A DNA stretch of 62,735 nt, filler included, from Circinaria calcarea (taxonomy: Eukaryota): assembly GCA_051942165.1 (NCBI GenBank). It is 19 parts of 19 records of this genome, joined end to end, with 100 filler letters (N's around TTAATTAATTAA, not from the genome) between each part and the next. Parts side by side here need not be neighbours in the genome. Positions count along the whole stretch, not along the records: positions 9,978 to 13,197 come from JAVECS010002964.1; positions 13,298 to 16,508 come from JAVECS010002965.1; positions 16,609 to 19,818 come from JAVECS010002966.1; positions 19,919 to 23,126 come from JAVECS010002967.1; positions 23,227 to 26,434 come from JAVECS010002968.1; 14 more parts are not named here. One strand, 5' to 3'. The notes under the pieces are model-generated. The model was given only the letters and a program-made list of their open reading frames with translations, was not told where the DNA came from and ran no database searches. Below, one piece after another: positions 12,423 through 25,375 of the stretch. The position numbers and the translations under genes are program-made. Every line of letters begins with the position of its first letter. Positions within the stretch are counted from its first letter, which is position 1.

Positions 12423-13197
12423 ATGTCCTCCATGGAGGCCAAGTTTCAGGCAGCATGCGCCGAGAAGGAGATCCCTGGCGCGGTTCTACTCGCTACAGAC
12501 AGAAGCGGTAAGCAATGCCGCCTCCTGCATCATCTGCAGGCTCGATTCTCCGATCCCGCATTGCTGATCTACTTTGCCAGGGAAATTCCAATATGCCAAA
12601 GCCTTTGGCTCACGCTCTCTCAGGGAGCCGCTCTCCTCTAAGCCCATGGCCCTGGACTCGGTGATGTGGATAGCATCATGCACGAAACTCATGACAGTCG
12701 TGGCGGCCATGCAGTGTGTTGAACGCGGTCTGCTCAAACTGGACGACGATGCCACAACGATATTGCATGAATTGAAGGATCTCGAGGTCTTGACCGGGTT
12801 CGACAGAGCTACGGGAAAGCCCATGATGAAAAAGCGTACAAAGACCATGACGCTAAGGTCAGCATACGGCCATTTCAACCGTGTTAGAAGTCACAAAGGA
12901 TAACTAATTATAATGATATTCTCAGGCATCTACTGACCCATTCGTCCGGCCTTGCCTACGATCTCTTCAACCCAATGGTGATGCAGTGGCGTGCCAGTCA
13001 AGGCCAGAAACCGGCTCCCGGTAATTCACTCGTAGAACGATACCTTTGCCCTCTCGCGTACGAGCCAGGGACATCCTGGGAATATTCGCCCTCCATCGAC
13101 TGGGCAGGAGTGATGGTCGAGCGTGTGAATGGCAATATGTCCCTCGGGTCGTACATGGATGCATATTTGTGGCGACCTCTGGGAATAAAAGACATGA
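12423..13197 (+). CDS. Beta-lactamase-family serine esterase/acyltransferase (LovD/EstB-like), 3' partial
   Basis: IPGAVLLA, WIASCTKLMT (SxxK), TLR|HLLTHSSGLAY, PLAYEPGTSWEYSPSIDWAG; two short introns. Confidence 0.9.
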
Positions 13198-13833
13198 NNN
13201 NNNNNNNNNNNNNNNNNNNNNNNNNNNNNNNNNNNNNNNNNTTAATTAATTAANNNNNNNNNNNNNNNNNNNNNNNNNNNNNNNNNNNNNNNNNNNNGAA
13301 GAGAATGGCTGATTGGTCGCTAGGACTTAGCTCCAGGGGGCTCGCGGGGGCTCGCAGGGCTCAAAGTTCGATACGTTTTCGTGTTTGGCGTCACCCATCT
13401 TATGTATATTGGCCCCCCCCTTTTGCTCTAAAGCTCCCCCACTTGGAGGAACGAAACAAAACGAAACGAAACAAGTTTGGTCTGATAAACCCGCTACTTC
13501 TACTTCTACTTCTACTCGGGACACCCCGCCTCCTCCCCCGCCCCTCCTTGCTAGACTAAAGTACTCCTGTCCACTTACCGTCTTGCCTTGTCTAGGCGTC
13601 TTGTCTAGGCACCTTATCTAGGCGTCTAGACATCCTTACCAGAGCAGAGCAGAGCAGGGCAGGGCCGGGGCCGGGGCGCGTGCTCTTCTCTCTACTCTCT
13701 CTCCACTTTCTCTTCATTTCCATCAAAGAGCTCCAAAAGCTCAAGCCTTGCACCCTAATTCAACCTACTCAACCTACTCAACCTATTCAGCAACATTTGT
13801 TGTACGTATGTATGCTAGAATAGAATCACGAGC

Positions 13834-14212
13834 TTAGGTTAGGTTAGGTTAGGCTTTACTCATTCTGCTTGCTGCTCGTACTCGTACTCGTACTCTTCTG
13901 TCCTTGCTCGTTTGGTCCTTGCTCGTGCTCGTGCTCGTTGTGGCACTTTCTACTCAGTGTGCCTTGTGCCTTTGTAGGTATTAGTAACAAAAGGGGGAAT
14001 GAGAAAGGTGGAAAGGTGGAAGGGACAGGATAGGATAGGTAGTTCGAACTACTTGCAATGCACATGCACTTGCACTTGCACCTGCTCTTGCACTTGCACC
14101 TACACTTGCACCTACACTTGCAAATGCAATGTGGCTATGTAGCTAGCATACTTACCCGAAAATAAAAACGCGTTTCATGGTTAATCATATCATATCATAT
14201 CATATCATATCA
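13834..14212. repeat. Microsatellite cluster: (TTAGG)4, (CTCGTA)n, (CACTTG)n, (ATATC)n
   Basis: Directly visible short tandem arrays downstream of the ARMH3-like gene. Confidence 0.8.
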
Positions 14213-14380
14213 TGGGGAACTGAAGAAATAGGACACTATTCCGACTGGGGAATTGCGGTTCATTCATTCACAGGTTCACTATCGGGACCTTTTTTTTTAA
14301 TCCTACTTTCGTGTGATTATTGGGCCACCCTCAGCAAGTTGGGAAACTGGTGGAAGGTGGGGGTGGGTGTCGCGCAGTTC

Positions 14381-16508
14381 CTACAACTTCCTAACCACCC
14401 TCCTCCCATCCTCCACCGCCACCCTCGCCACCCTTTTCAAGAATCCCCTCTCCTCTTCCTCCCGCCACCGCTCCCAACCCTCCAAGCCCTCGGCCGGCGG
14501 AATCTCCAGCGTCTCGTACCCTTGCCTGATAACCTTACTCACCTCGTTCGGACTCAGGTTTTTGTTCATCTTGCCCTTTTGTTTTTCTGCTTCCAGGATG
14601 TCGTGGTAGTGCGCGGAGACGGTAATGAGAATGGTGATTGGGGATGATGGGTCGGGATTATTGTTGTTGGTGTTGGTGTGAGGAGACGGGAGGTGGTAAG
14701 CTTCTTGAAAGCGGGTGAGGACGGAATGGTTCTCGACGAGTTTGTAGATGAGATCGTCATAAGTGGCAGGAGTAGGGAGGAAAGAATTGCCGGAGGTAAT
14801 GGAGAGGGCGATGACTTTGATGAGAGGGGACAGAAGGGTAGATACATCTGAACTTTGGGCCGTGAGACCGGAGCTGTAGGTTGTGAGAAAGCGGACTAGG
14901 GATAGGAGGCTCTGCCATAGGAGGGACCAGTGATATGTGAGGCGGGTATGGTTTTGGAGGAGACAGCAGATGATACGATGAATGGGATGGATGCATGCAA
15001 TGTATAGGTCGAGGTCGAGCTGGCGGCGGAGATTGTGGTTGATGGTGTCGATGGTGATGTCGAGGATATGGCACGCTGCTGGTCTGAGGCTTGTGACTAA
15101 GGGGAGGAAAGGTTGGCGTTGACGGCAGAGGCGAACATGCATGGAGCTTTCGTCACTGCAGATGCGCTTGCAGAGCACTTGGTCCTCTATGATGATGCGG
15201 AGGGTTGAGAGATTGAGGAGGCCATAGAGAGTGGCTCGGTCTGAGCGATATGCGTGATGAAGGATGTACGAGGTAAACGATAGGAAGGCGCTGTGAGGAG
15301 ATTCGAGGTTCTTCCGTTCAGCTGGACATGCGATTAGGTTGTAGGAAAAGAGCTTGTTTGCCCTCACGAAATCGTAAGTAGCGAGAAGCACGGCAGCCTC
15401 GGGGCCTGGTCTGCAAACGAAGTTAGCATTCAGGATCTTCTTATTAATGATTACGATGCACCCACAAATTTGCAAACTGTCCTTTGCTATCCTCGGAGGC
15501 AACAACCGGGGTTATTGCTTTGATTGGAGCCAATATTCCAAGGCCGATATAATTCAACGCGTTGCTAAGGTTCCAACCCTCGGGGAGATCTTCTATAACT
15601 GCTGCATATTGGTCTCTAGACTCTGTACAGGCTCTCCTCAATCCATGGAGCATGTTCAATATGTTCGATTCATTGACAAAGTCCTCAAGTCGTACCCGAT
15701 AAGGGTTACGGTATTCGAACTTGTTGTAATTGACCAAAAGGCCAAGAAGAATAAATGGTTCAAATAGCCTACTGCTGTCATCCGAGTCATGTACATACTG
15801 TTACCATATATTAGCAAGTCGGAAACATATGGTTGCTCGGTAACGAGTGTAGATAGCTGGAAGATGGAGGATCTCGTACCTTCATTAAGGATGGGAATAA
15901 ATCACGGTGAGTAAAGTATGAGACCAAACTGGTTTGATATGCTCCTGATGTCAAAGACAGGGCAACCTCGATAGCCTTCTTACGTACTTCGCCTAATCAT
16001 ATCTTAGTACAGAAGTTGCGAGGATGGACGAGCAACCCACACGATCTCCCTGTCCTTATGAGATTTTCGACAGCATTGGCAAAATCGGAAAAAATGGTGT
16101 CCACCTCATCTAGTCCAGCGAGTACCGTTATGATGTCCGAACTTGGATTCGTATATCGTTTCGCGAGCACGCCACCAAGAAAGACTGTCAGAGTCTGATA
16201 AGTAAGTTTCAAAGAAAATTATATTGAGCTGCCTCCTGACTCACATCAAGAGCTACTTCGTCCGATGGAGCTTTACCGAATTTGGCGTACTGTACAGCAT
16301 ACCGGAAAAGCTGCTGTGTCTCGTGCTATAGTGGCATCAGCCGGTGGTCTAGATTGGTAGAGAGTACAATATATTCACCTGAAAATGGAGAAGATCATCG
16401 GCATTGAGGTCCTCGAGTCGATGGTGAAGACTTGATGGGTCTGGTTTGAGGTGGAAGAACTCGCTCCAAAAGCCTTCCGAGTGAGATACACCATATTCGT
16501 CCTAGCGA
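14381..16508 (-). CDS. ARMH3/C10orf76 (DUF1741, UPF0668) family protein, 5' partial, multi-exon
   Basis: SEGFWSEFFHLKP, VLAKRYTNPSSDIITVLAGLD, NYNKFEYRNPYRVRLEDFVNE, VRLCRQRQPFLP, RLTYHWSLLWQSLLSL, FLPTPATYDDLIYKL. Confidence 0.85.
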
Positions 16509-16608
16509 NNNNNNNNNNNNNNNNNNNNNNNNNNNNNNNNNNNNNNNNNNNNTTAATTAATTAANNNNNNNNNNNNNNNNNNNNNNNNNNNNNNNNNNNN
16601 NNNNNNNN

Positions 16609-17182
16609 CTTGCGCTAACAAGGTCCATTCGCGGACCTAGATCTCGAATGCAGGGTATCTCTTGGCGAAGGTGGTCCATGCCGAGGGATAACGATGTCAT
16701 ACCGTCATCGATGCCGGCAAGACGTGATCTCAAAGTGTGTGAGCAAGGAGGGCATCAACAAAGGGCTTCATGAGGACCTACACGCTCTCATTCTCTAGGA
16801 CCAAGGATAGTGTAAGCTTATGCCTTTCGATCTTCCTACAACCTGTCTGAATATCCGTCTCTTTGGTGATACTACGGACAGCTTTCCAGCTTCTGTCAAT
16901 AGTACCATCTCCCAAATTTGAATCCAACCTCTGAAAGGTGGCTTGGAGCTCCTGTAAGTCTTTCAAGCAATCGCCCAGTACATCTTTAATCGGGTGAGCG
17001 CCGGTGTCGATAGCAGGATTCGTCTGAAGAGCATCCATAACCCCTCGCAACTGCTGAACCTGAACGGCCAAATCATGAATAGCTTTCGGCGTCCCCTTCC
17101 ACTTCGAAATAATTCCGAGGCCCTTGATGCTGTAATCTAGTAGCTGGAGCACGGCGGCTAGGGCCCCGATCACCTCTGCCAT
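16609..17182 (-). CDS. Fungal HeLo-like/SesA-type N-terminal domain protein (often precedes NACHT or ankyrin domains), 3' partial
   Basis: MAEVIGALAAVLQLLDYS..PKAIHDLAVQVQQL..SWKAVRSITKE..IERHKLTLSL pattern. Frame continues after an intron at 16781-16729. Confidence 0.65.
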
Positions 17183-18017
17183 GGTTGCAGAGTCTTCAAG
17201 ACAACACGATGGGAAGTCGCAGAAATAATCAGCTTCGACGGGCGGGGCTTAAATGGGCATTGCTGCCTTTCGCAGCCTTGATGGCTTGCAGCTGCAGGTG
17301 TGCTTTCATCCAATCATCAGCGGTAGAGGCATTGCCTTGGCGTGCCACAATAGTAGCACCGCCATTGTTCTATAGCGATTTAGCCGATAGTATATTAGCC
17401 CGCGGTTCGATAGCTGAGAGTGGGAATGAGAAGGTATAGCATGATAGTACGTTTGTTTGTAACTTCGTAAGGAACTGGAGTGCCGACTGACAAGTTAACC
17501 CACTCCGACATACGCTAGGCTGTAACCTAGATTACAATATTACAATACGATTCGAGGCCAGTCTACAAAAGTTGATGCCGATGGAAGAAAGATCAGTGTA
17601 TAAGGGCTGCTCCGTACCTACTACCTTTAGATTGAGTCTTTCAACAGGATCTCCATACGTCCAGCATCTTACAACATTCGACGAGCTATGATTCCTGTAT
17701 GAGGGGGTCCTCTAGTTGGTACCATGTGGTGATTTCGGCAACGACTTCTGCTCACCCGCCTCAAATTGTACTTTGCATCAGGCTCAAGTATTTCATTTAT
17801 GTAGTATTTGAAAAGCACTACCTATTCCTTTTCCCCTAGTTAATCCTACAACGAGCAATGACGGTCACTTGAGAGGAAAATGTAGTTCAAGCGTAGATAT
17901 GGACATTTCCGCCTCTTCCATGCCTTCCGAAACCCATTGGTATATGCCTTCCCGACCGACTCCTTCGCTGACCGAGTATTACATATTGATACACTTCTTC
18001 CCAGTTGCCAGCAAGTG

Positions 18018-19818
18018 TCATTCTACCATCCTCTCTCCGCCACCGTCTTTCTGACTTCCCTCGTCTGTCTCATCCGAATCCGAATCATCGTGACCTAGAT
18101 CCTCAGCTTTCCCGTCCGTTTCTTCACTTCCCTCATCATTCTTGTCTCTAGCCTTGGTTTCAATCTCCACCAAGTTCTCCCCTTCGCCTAGAGTACTTCT
18201 CGTCCTTCGACCTTCCGACTTGCCCCCTTTCCCTCCGTTGACCCTAGGACTCTTCCCGATCCCTTTTCCCTGAGGCTTCAAAATTCTGGGGCTCTTGCCG
18301 AGCATTGCCGCATTCAGCTTCTCCTGTCCAAGATTTTTACCTCCTTTCTTAACAGGTGTTGCGGCTGCGGACGCATTGACAGCAGATTTACGTGGGCCGC
18401 CTCTCCATCCGCCGCGGCGGCGAGAAATAGTGCCTGGTACAGGAGGAAACACTTCATATCGGATTGGTGGAATGGTTGGCACGGAGGTCGAAACTGGCGT
18501 GGAAAGGTGAATACCATTGGGTTTTGGTGTCTTCTCCTCAACAGTATTTTTAGAGGGAGACGAGCGTGTAGGAACCGGTGTCAAGGGCCGTGGACCGGCA
18601 ACAACATTATTAGGAGTTGATATAGATACCTTAGTCTCACTTATGGCTTGCAGCCGCGTAGTATCATTCGATAAGTCTTGGTGGACTAAGTTGATGGAAA
18701 TGACGTCTTGAAGGTCGGCGATGTTCCTATCGTCCGACATGGTCAAGTTCTGGCTGGCAAGGGAAGTGCTGCTTTGGTTTTGCTGTTGAACACCTTCCTC
18801 AGGCGGCATCACCTTCTCCTCTTCGTCGCCCTCTCTTGGTGCGATGGTTGGAAGCGGAGGTGCACGATCGAAATGTGCATGGTTGCTACAACCCATAATG
18901 TATGGCGTCCAGACGAGAGCATCAGGATTCAGCTTGACGTAAGCTTTCGCTTCCCAGCCCTCGATACACTGTCTGAAATAGGCATGATCGAGACGCAGAG
19001 CGTATGTTTTGGTGACAGGATCTCGGACCAAAGCACGTAACGCTTCTAGAGCGGCAACAATGTCATCTGCTGTCATTCCAGTCCGTCCAGAGATGTCCGT
19101 GATGCTTAGGGGTTCATTCTGATCTAGCAGAAGGTAGGATAGAACAAGGCGCCAGTAATTTCGGTATGATACGAGGCCCATATCCGAGAGAGGTTTCTCT
19201 GGCGAGCCAGTTTTGCGTTCAACACGTGTAAGCAAGTACGAGAAGTCGATGAGGAGGTTGCCGTAACCCTTTCTTTGATGAATCGGAAGAGTGAGAATAC
19301 AAGAGACGTTGTTCTGACTGCTGGGCCGCTTTTCCTTGGAAAAGTACCCTACGAAATGACAGCCAAACTCGTCGTATTCGGTCATTATGTAAAATAAAAA
19401 TGGCTCGACGTCGTAATAAAGGGTCTTTGAGCCAAGGAAAAGCTTAGCAAGGAGGCACAGATTTTGACAGTAGACGGGATTCTTGCGGCCGTCGACCTCA
19501 AACACAGAGACAGATTTATCTCTGTAGATCTCGTCACCAGGAGGATGCTTTGCCGGGCATTTCAACTTGTGCCGCCAGGCAACGTAATCAGAGTTCATGT
19601 ACTTTAAGCAGAACTCGCAGATGTACAGGACCCGATTCCGACTATACTCTTCTGGATACGGTGCGGCATACCATGTCTCAATCTCGTATCCGCCAAAATT
19701 GATGCACTTGATTTTGCTGGGTGGTCCTGATACTTTTTGAGACACTCGACCTTTCGTCTCCCCCTCCGCCTCGGCTGTGGCTGTTTTCAGCTTCCATTCA
19801 TCCTCAGCCTTTTGCCGA
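18018..19818 (-). CDS. SAS3: MYST histone acetyltransferase, Sas3/KAT6 type, 5' partial
   Basis: IETWYAAPYPEEY, C2HC finger YICEFCLKYM..HKLKC, FEVDGRKNPVYCQNLCLLAKLFLGSKTLYYDVEPF, QRKGYG, GSPEKPLSDMG, long disordered C-tail. Confidence 0.92.
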
Positions 19819-21621
19819 NNNNNNNNNNNNNNNNNNNNNNNNNNNNNNNNNNNNNNNNNNNNTTAATTAATTAANNNNNNNNNNNNNNNNNNNNNNNNNN
19901 NNNNNNNNNNNNNNNNNNGGGTTTGAAGGATTCGGGGGAAAGGAGGGAAGGAAGGGGAGCGAGTTAGAGAGTAGATAGGGAAGAAAGGGGTATGGGAGGA
20001 GGCGGGTGAGATGAGAGATAAAAAAAACCCCCACCAGCAGTATATTTTAAATCAAGGGATTTACCAAAGATTTACAGGTTCGCCGGTTCCGAAACGGAAA
20101 AGTTTTAAAACGAGCCCTGATGGGCAAGAGGGCATGGGGAATTAGGGGGCCCCGGGTGGATTATTACCCACCCCACCCCCCTCTCTCCTCGGGGACGCAA
20201 CTATTTCCTACAGATTGGCCTCGAACGTGTTCGTTCTAGGAGCGCTTTGAGATTTTTCTCTATTCCATTCCATTCTATTCTGTGAAAACCCCCCTCTATT
20301 TACGGCGCTAGTAGGGTAGCGGGAATATCCGGATCATGGCAACCTTCCGCCTTCCGCCTTATGCATTTGCATTTTGCCTACCGGGTACTGATCTTGTTGG
20401 GCATCGATTCTCAGGGGCGCGCAGCATATGCAAGACACGTAGAGAGAGAGAGAGCATTTCTAGCGAAATGAATGAATGAACCGCAAGTACCGAGGAAAAG
20501 GACAGCCTGAGATTAACGGGAAAAAAAAGGTGCTGGAGTAAAAGGTCCACGTCAGCAGGCGCAAACGCCTCGGGTTTGTGCATTCGAGGGCAGAATTGAA
20601 AACACGCCGGTACCACGATCTACTGACTGAAAGAACAGGAGGTCATGTGTTCGAGAGCTTTACTTTAGGTTCATATGTAACAAAGGGGATCCAGTACGGA
20701 AAATAGGGTGAAAGAGAGCAAACAAGTTGATAAAGGGGTGGAGGAGTGTTTGTTTTCAGAGAAATTTCATGATATTTTATCGCAACGAAACATCATGTGT
20801 GGATTTTCTCCTTGCAACCGGATGGTCGTGATGCTAAATAGTATCAGAGCCAATCCAATCCAGAAGGGTACGGTCCATAGTGGTGAAGCCCTTTTAGGAG
20901 ATACTTGCACGCCTCGGAGTTGGGACTGGGCTTGCCTCATCCGAACTGTGAGCATGTTGGGATCAACGGTTTTGTATAAAGCTGGCGGCCGATAGACTGG
21001 TTGCAACTGAAGCGGAAGATTGCAACTGCCTGGGGTTTTTTGCCACAGTATCTCAGCCGCCAAGCTTGGTGCTTTCATGATTATTCGCTTAAATACTCAG
21101 ATCGGCCATCGGCTGCTATCGAACCCTTACTATATGTGTTTGGGGGTTTTGAAAGTAAACAGTAGCGGACTTGAAAGATCTTCTCAGTGGGCATATTCAT
21201 GTAGAGTGAGTGGCCTGGAAAGCCATCAGCGTCTTCAAGAAAGAAGTCCCAAAGAATATGAGTATATTTCTAAATCATGTGGAATAAATCTCAGTGCTAG
21301 TAACCACCGCGGTTCGACGGTACGCATAACCTGTCCCGCAAGATGCCATGGCTGCATAACTAGTGACTTTCTGGATTTAAGTCAAGTGGGGCTTCCATGA
21401 TTTTCCACGAGTTGCATTCCAGTCCCTACAATAGGGAATTCTAATTCTCGTAGGGATTCCACGTGTGGCCTTTCCCTTGGCTTCCTGAGCTTCTGCCGTT
21501 TGGAAAGTTGAGAGTTCGATTCAGCATTAGGGACTTCTCTTCTCTCCAGGTTTCTTTCGGTAGAGTAGAATATAAGTGATGCTGTTGTGGGTTTTAGGCG
21601 GCATGAAGAATTTACTGAAAG

Positions 21622-21649
<28 letters not shown>
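21622..21649. repeat. (GA)n microsatellite
   Basis: About 13 GA units seen directly. Confidence 0.85.
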
Positions 21650-21652
<3 letters not shown>

Positions 21653-21968
21653 ACTAGTTACATTACATAACCAGTACCATTTCCTAGAAGATATATAGGA
21701 GTGAGGCTAACGGCTGTTCTTCGGAACCTCATCGAAGCTTCACCTGGTCAACTTAGTCTCGTCAAGAAGGGCATTAATAAGACAAAGCTATGCTCAGGAC
21801 AGGGAGGCATACCAACAATGAGTTGCCAGAACTTGCATGTCGCCCATCGTAGAACTTGCGTCCTGTCGCGGTAGCCACAAGGCTGCTAATACTCATCCTA
21901 TGTAAACCTGTTCTTAATGCCATTTTATCATTCACCCCATGCAGTATGGGCCAAGGCGAAGGTGGAAT

Positions 21969-22697
21969 TCAACCATTCATTTCTTGACCATTCGGGACAG
22001 CCCCACTGCTCGTCTGTTGAGCCTGCATTTGACCCTCATAGTGCCCTGTATAATATCCAGCCCAGTACCAGGACATCATGAGATTTTTGAGAGCCTCGTT
22101 TTGAGATGCTAGGGTAGTCAGCGATGTCCCGAGGGCAAACCAGCTATCATGGCTGGAAAATACTTACAACCGTCGATGACTGTCTGGGGAAGTCCAGGTA
22201 CCCCCGACGGAGGATTGGTAGTTTTCGTCTCAGACTGAGGCCGAGGACTGTAAGGCTCGGAAGACAATGCTACCTATGATGTAGGTCAGAAACTTACCAA
22301 CAGTATATGTTTAAAAGGCCATACTTGTGGGGGTTTGGAATCGGGTGGTATGGACGCTTGCTCATGGTCCTCCACCTCACCATCTTCAAGGTCTTCGTCT
22401 TTATTGCCCTGGTCCAAAGGCGCAGCTGATTCATTCATTTGTAGATCGGCATCGCCATCTCCCTTTTCTTCTTCTGCCTCTGCTTCCCGTATCACATCTT
22501 CGACTCGCTCATCGCGGGCGTATATGCTATGGTAGAGCTTGGCTGGATTAGCAAACGATGGTCCGTAATACCCAAGGTAGCATATCAATGTCGTAGGAAG
22601 GTACCTTGTATTCTCCAAGAGCATCATCCCACGACTGTAAAAGGGCGGAATCATCCCAAATCTCCGCCTGAGATAAAGCCTTTCTCTTGTGGCCCAT
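21969..22697 (-). CDS. SMN1: Survival motor neuron (SMN/Yab8) homologue, complete, multi-exon
   Basis: N-terminal Gemin2-binding motif EIWDDSALLQSWDDALGEYK, acidic linker, C-terminal YG box LKNLMMSWYWAGYYTGHYEG; TGA at 21971-21969. Confidence 0.88.
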
Positions 22698-22986
22698 GAT
22701 CGGTTGATTGAATATCTATGAGTTTGTTTTAGACGTCTCGCTTCGCCGCCCTCGGCCGTTTCCAGACATGAATGCGCCGCACAACCGGCGCAGCGCTGAC
22801 GGCTTCAACTACCACAGACCTTCAGGCGTATGTTAACCGTCGTGTTCTGCGTACATGCTTTGCAGTGAACACTGAAGGGTTCTTCTTTGAATAAGTTATA
22901 CATGGCTGTTGTGTAGATTCTCGAGATGCATTGACACCGCTATATCCAGATCCTGCGTGTTTCCGCTTCCCCCCCCTCCCCGAGTT

Positions 22987-23126
22987 ATGTCGGACTCCAA
23001 AGCTCTCGAGAATTTCACTCCACCAGCGCCCGAATGGCTATCCGCCGGTACTTGGTACATCACGCACTCCACTCTACCGCTCTGGAGTGGGAAGCGCAAC
23101 GTCACCGTCACTTACAAACATCTCCC
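22987..23126 (+). CDS. Fungal lipocalin/calycin-like protein, 3' partial
   Basis: WLSAGTWYITHSTLPLWSGKRNVTVTY, with a GxW-type first strand motif. Confidence 0.55.
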
Positions 23127-23226
23127 NNNNNNNNNNNNNNNNNNNNNNNNNNNNNNNNNNNNNNNNNNNNTTAATTAATTAANNNNNNNNNNNNNNNNNN
23201 NNNNNNNNNNNNNNNNNNNNNNNNNN

Positions 23227-24414
23227 CTTCTACACAGACGACAGTGTGAGCGATGCTATACTACGGCACTTGATAGATCCCATCATGGAAGAGAAGCTCT
23301 TAAAGGCTTATATGAAATTAGAAGAGTTGCTAGCTGTGCACAGGGATCCTCCATTAACAACCAACCACTATTTTCGAGACACCGTGCAAGATCTCCGTCA
23401 AAGGAGAAATGGTGTTGCTGTCGAGGAGAAACTACGGATGGCCTTTGCTAAACGCCCGACTCTAACAGAGAATGACATCCCATATCTAATGTCGCTGACT
23501 CAGCCCAAGGTTAGCCCAGATATGGATCGGGTTGCCGCTGAGGATGCATTTGACAATATGAACGCATTCTACAAGGTAAATGACCTTCCCTCTCTGATTT
23601 GGAAAACTTACCTATCTTTATGTAGGTCGCGATGAAATTGTTCGTGGACAACGTACCAACTCTGGCGATTCAAGCGGTGATCATTGCCCAAGTACCGTCA
23701 ATGTTCTGCCCAAAGTCGGTTTTCGCCATGGATTCCGAACTTATATCGAAAATTGCATCGGAGTCTGAAGAGAAGAAACTATATCGTGAGGAGCTGAGTA
23801 GGAAGCTGGGGACCCTGGATAGCGGTCGGCAGATTTGTAAGCAGTACGCAGCTCGTACTACTAGCTCTGGTGAGTACAGCAATATGGCCGGGTATAGATG
23901 GGCCAAGAGCTTACCATCTCTTAGTGATCAAGGGAAGGTCAGAAATTTCGGAGCCGGATCTGATACCTGAAAAGTCCAAGGAAGTCATATCTGATAGCGA
24001 CATTCATAATGGAGACTTCCGAGGATTGGAAGGAACCCCGTCGGAGAAAGTGCAAGATGTACCTACTCCTCTGCAGGTGGAATATACACAACTCGATGTA
24101 TCGGGACCACTGCATATTGAACTTCCGTCTATTGACTCACTCCCAATGGATAACGTAAGTAAAACTATTGCGAGCACGTTTTTACTAAGGACTTACTAAC
24201 CAGCTTCCAATAGAAACTCGCCGAGCCGTCTGCCCTGCCGATGTGGCAAGACAGGGACCCCGAAGTCTCTTGGGGGACCTCCGTCGCAACGCCCGAGGTC
24301 AAACTTGCAAGCGGAGGGAAGAAGAAAAAGGGTATGAAGAAGAAAGGGGCGATGCTGGAAGAGCCTATAGAATGTGAGGAAAATAGATGGGGCCAAGAGG
24401 AAATCTACCAGTAG
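23227..24414 (+). CDS. Mx-like dynamin-family GTPase, stalk/GED C-terminal part, 5' partial (3' end approximate)
   Basis: PLTTNHYF, AAEDAFDNMNAFYK|VAMKLFVDNVPTLAIQ, IASESEEKKLYREELSRKLGTL; disordered Lys-rich tail in later exons. Confidence 0.8.
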
Positions 24415-25375
24415 GTACCTATGCAAAGGTTTCCTGGACTATCCGTACACATTGAAGCCACCAAAAACTACATTGTGAGCAGTGCAAAGCGAAAGCTGCA
24501 CCAATTATGAGAAAGCTACAAGCAAAATCCATTATCCTCCACCAAAACATCACACCATGAAAGACACACTTTACACCTTTACCCCCCGGGTACCCATCTC
24601 TCATTTCTGCTCCTCCTCCCCCACCCACCCAAGCATATCAGTAACACCAGCCCAGTATAATCCCGACATTCATCCAACTCCATACCAAGAAATCCCCCAG
24701 TATCGTATCGTATCGTGCTCTTATCAATATCCTAATTTTGGCCCCCACATAAAACACTCCTCAAAAACCCGGAACACGTCTCTCCCCCGGTATGGGTCGA
24801 TAACCAAACCTTGTGCCTGAGAACTGCGGGCCCCTCCCTCCCCCTTTTTCTTTTGCCGTAGCGTGACGTATCCTCTCCCGTTGTGGGCCTGTGGGGGATG
24901 CGTGGTAGGAAGAGGTTGGGGGGGGGCGCGTTTAAGGGGAAAGAGGGCTGAGGATGGAGAGGGAAGAAAGGGGTATCTGGAAGAGAGAGGGAGAGGGAGT
25001 GGGAGAGGACGATTTTGGAAACCATGGATTGGCAAACGATATACACCACTGCAGCTAAAAGGACCATTTGAGATTTTTCTTCTCGGCGGAGTCCTACATT
25101 GCTATCCTTTGGTCGTTGCGCCCGGAACGCCATTGCTTGTTCCCCTTGTTTCCGTTATTCCTACTATTCGCCAGACGCCCGTTGCTTTCATCCTGTTCCT
25201 GTGTAGCGCCATCCGGTTGCTTTCTTCCGTCTGGTAAGTCACGCGTGAGGATGCTTTATCTCGGACTCTCTCGATCCCCGCCCTAATCCCTATCTCCAAC
25301 CTACCAACATCTTTCCAATGGTATAAGCTGTCCAGTATGCCTTCGAATGGTTCCGGTGCTAGAGGTTGTGGAGGG

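Noticed and set aside
13834..13853. (TTAGG)4 as a telomere; also two TTAGGG units near 39449
   Set aside because: Too short, internal, and part of microsatellite-rich tracts.
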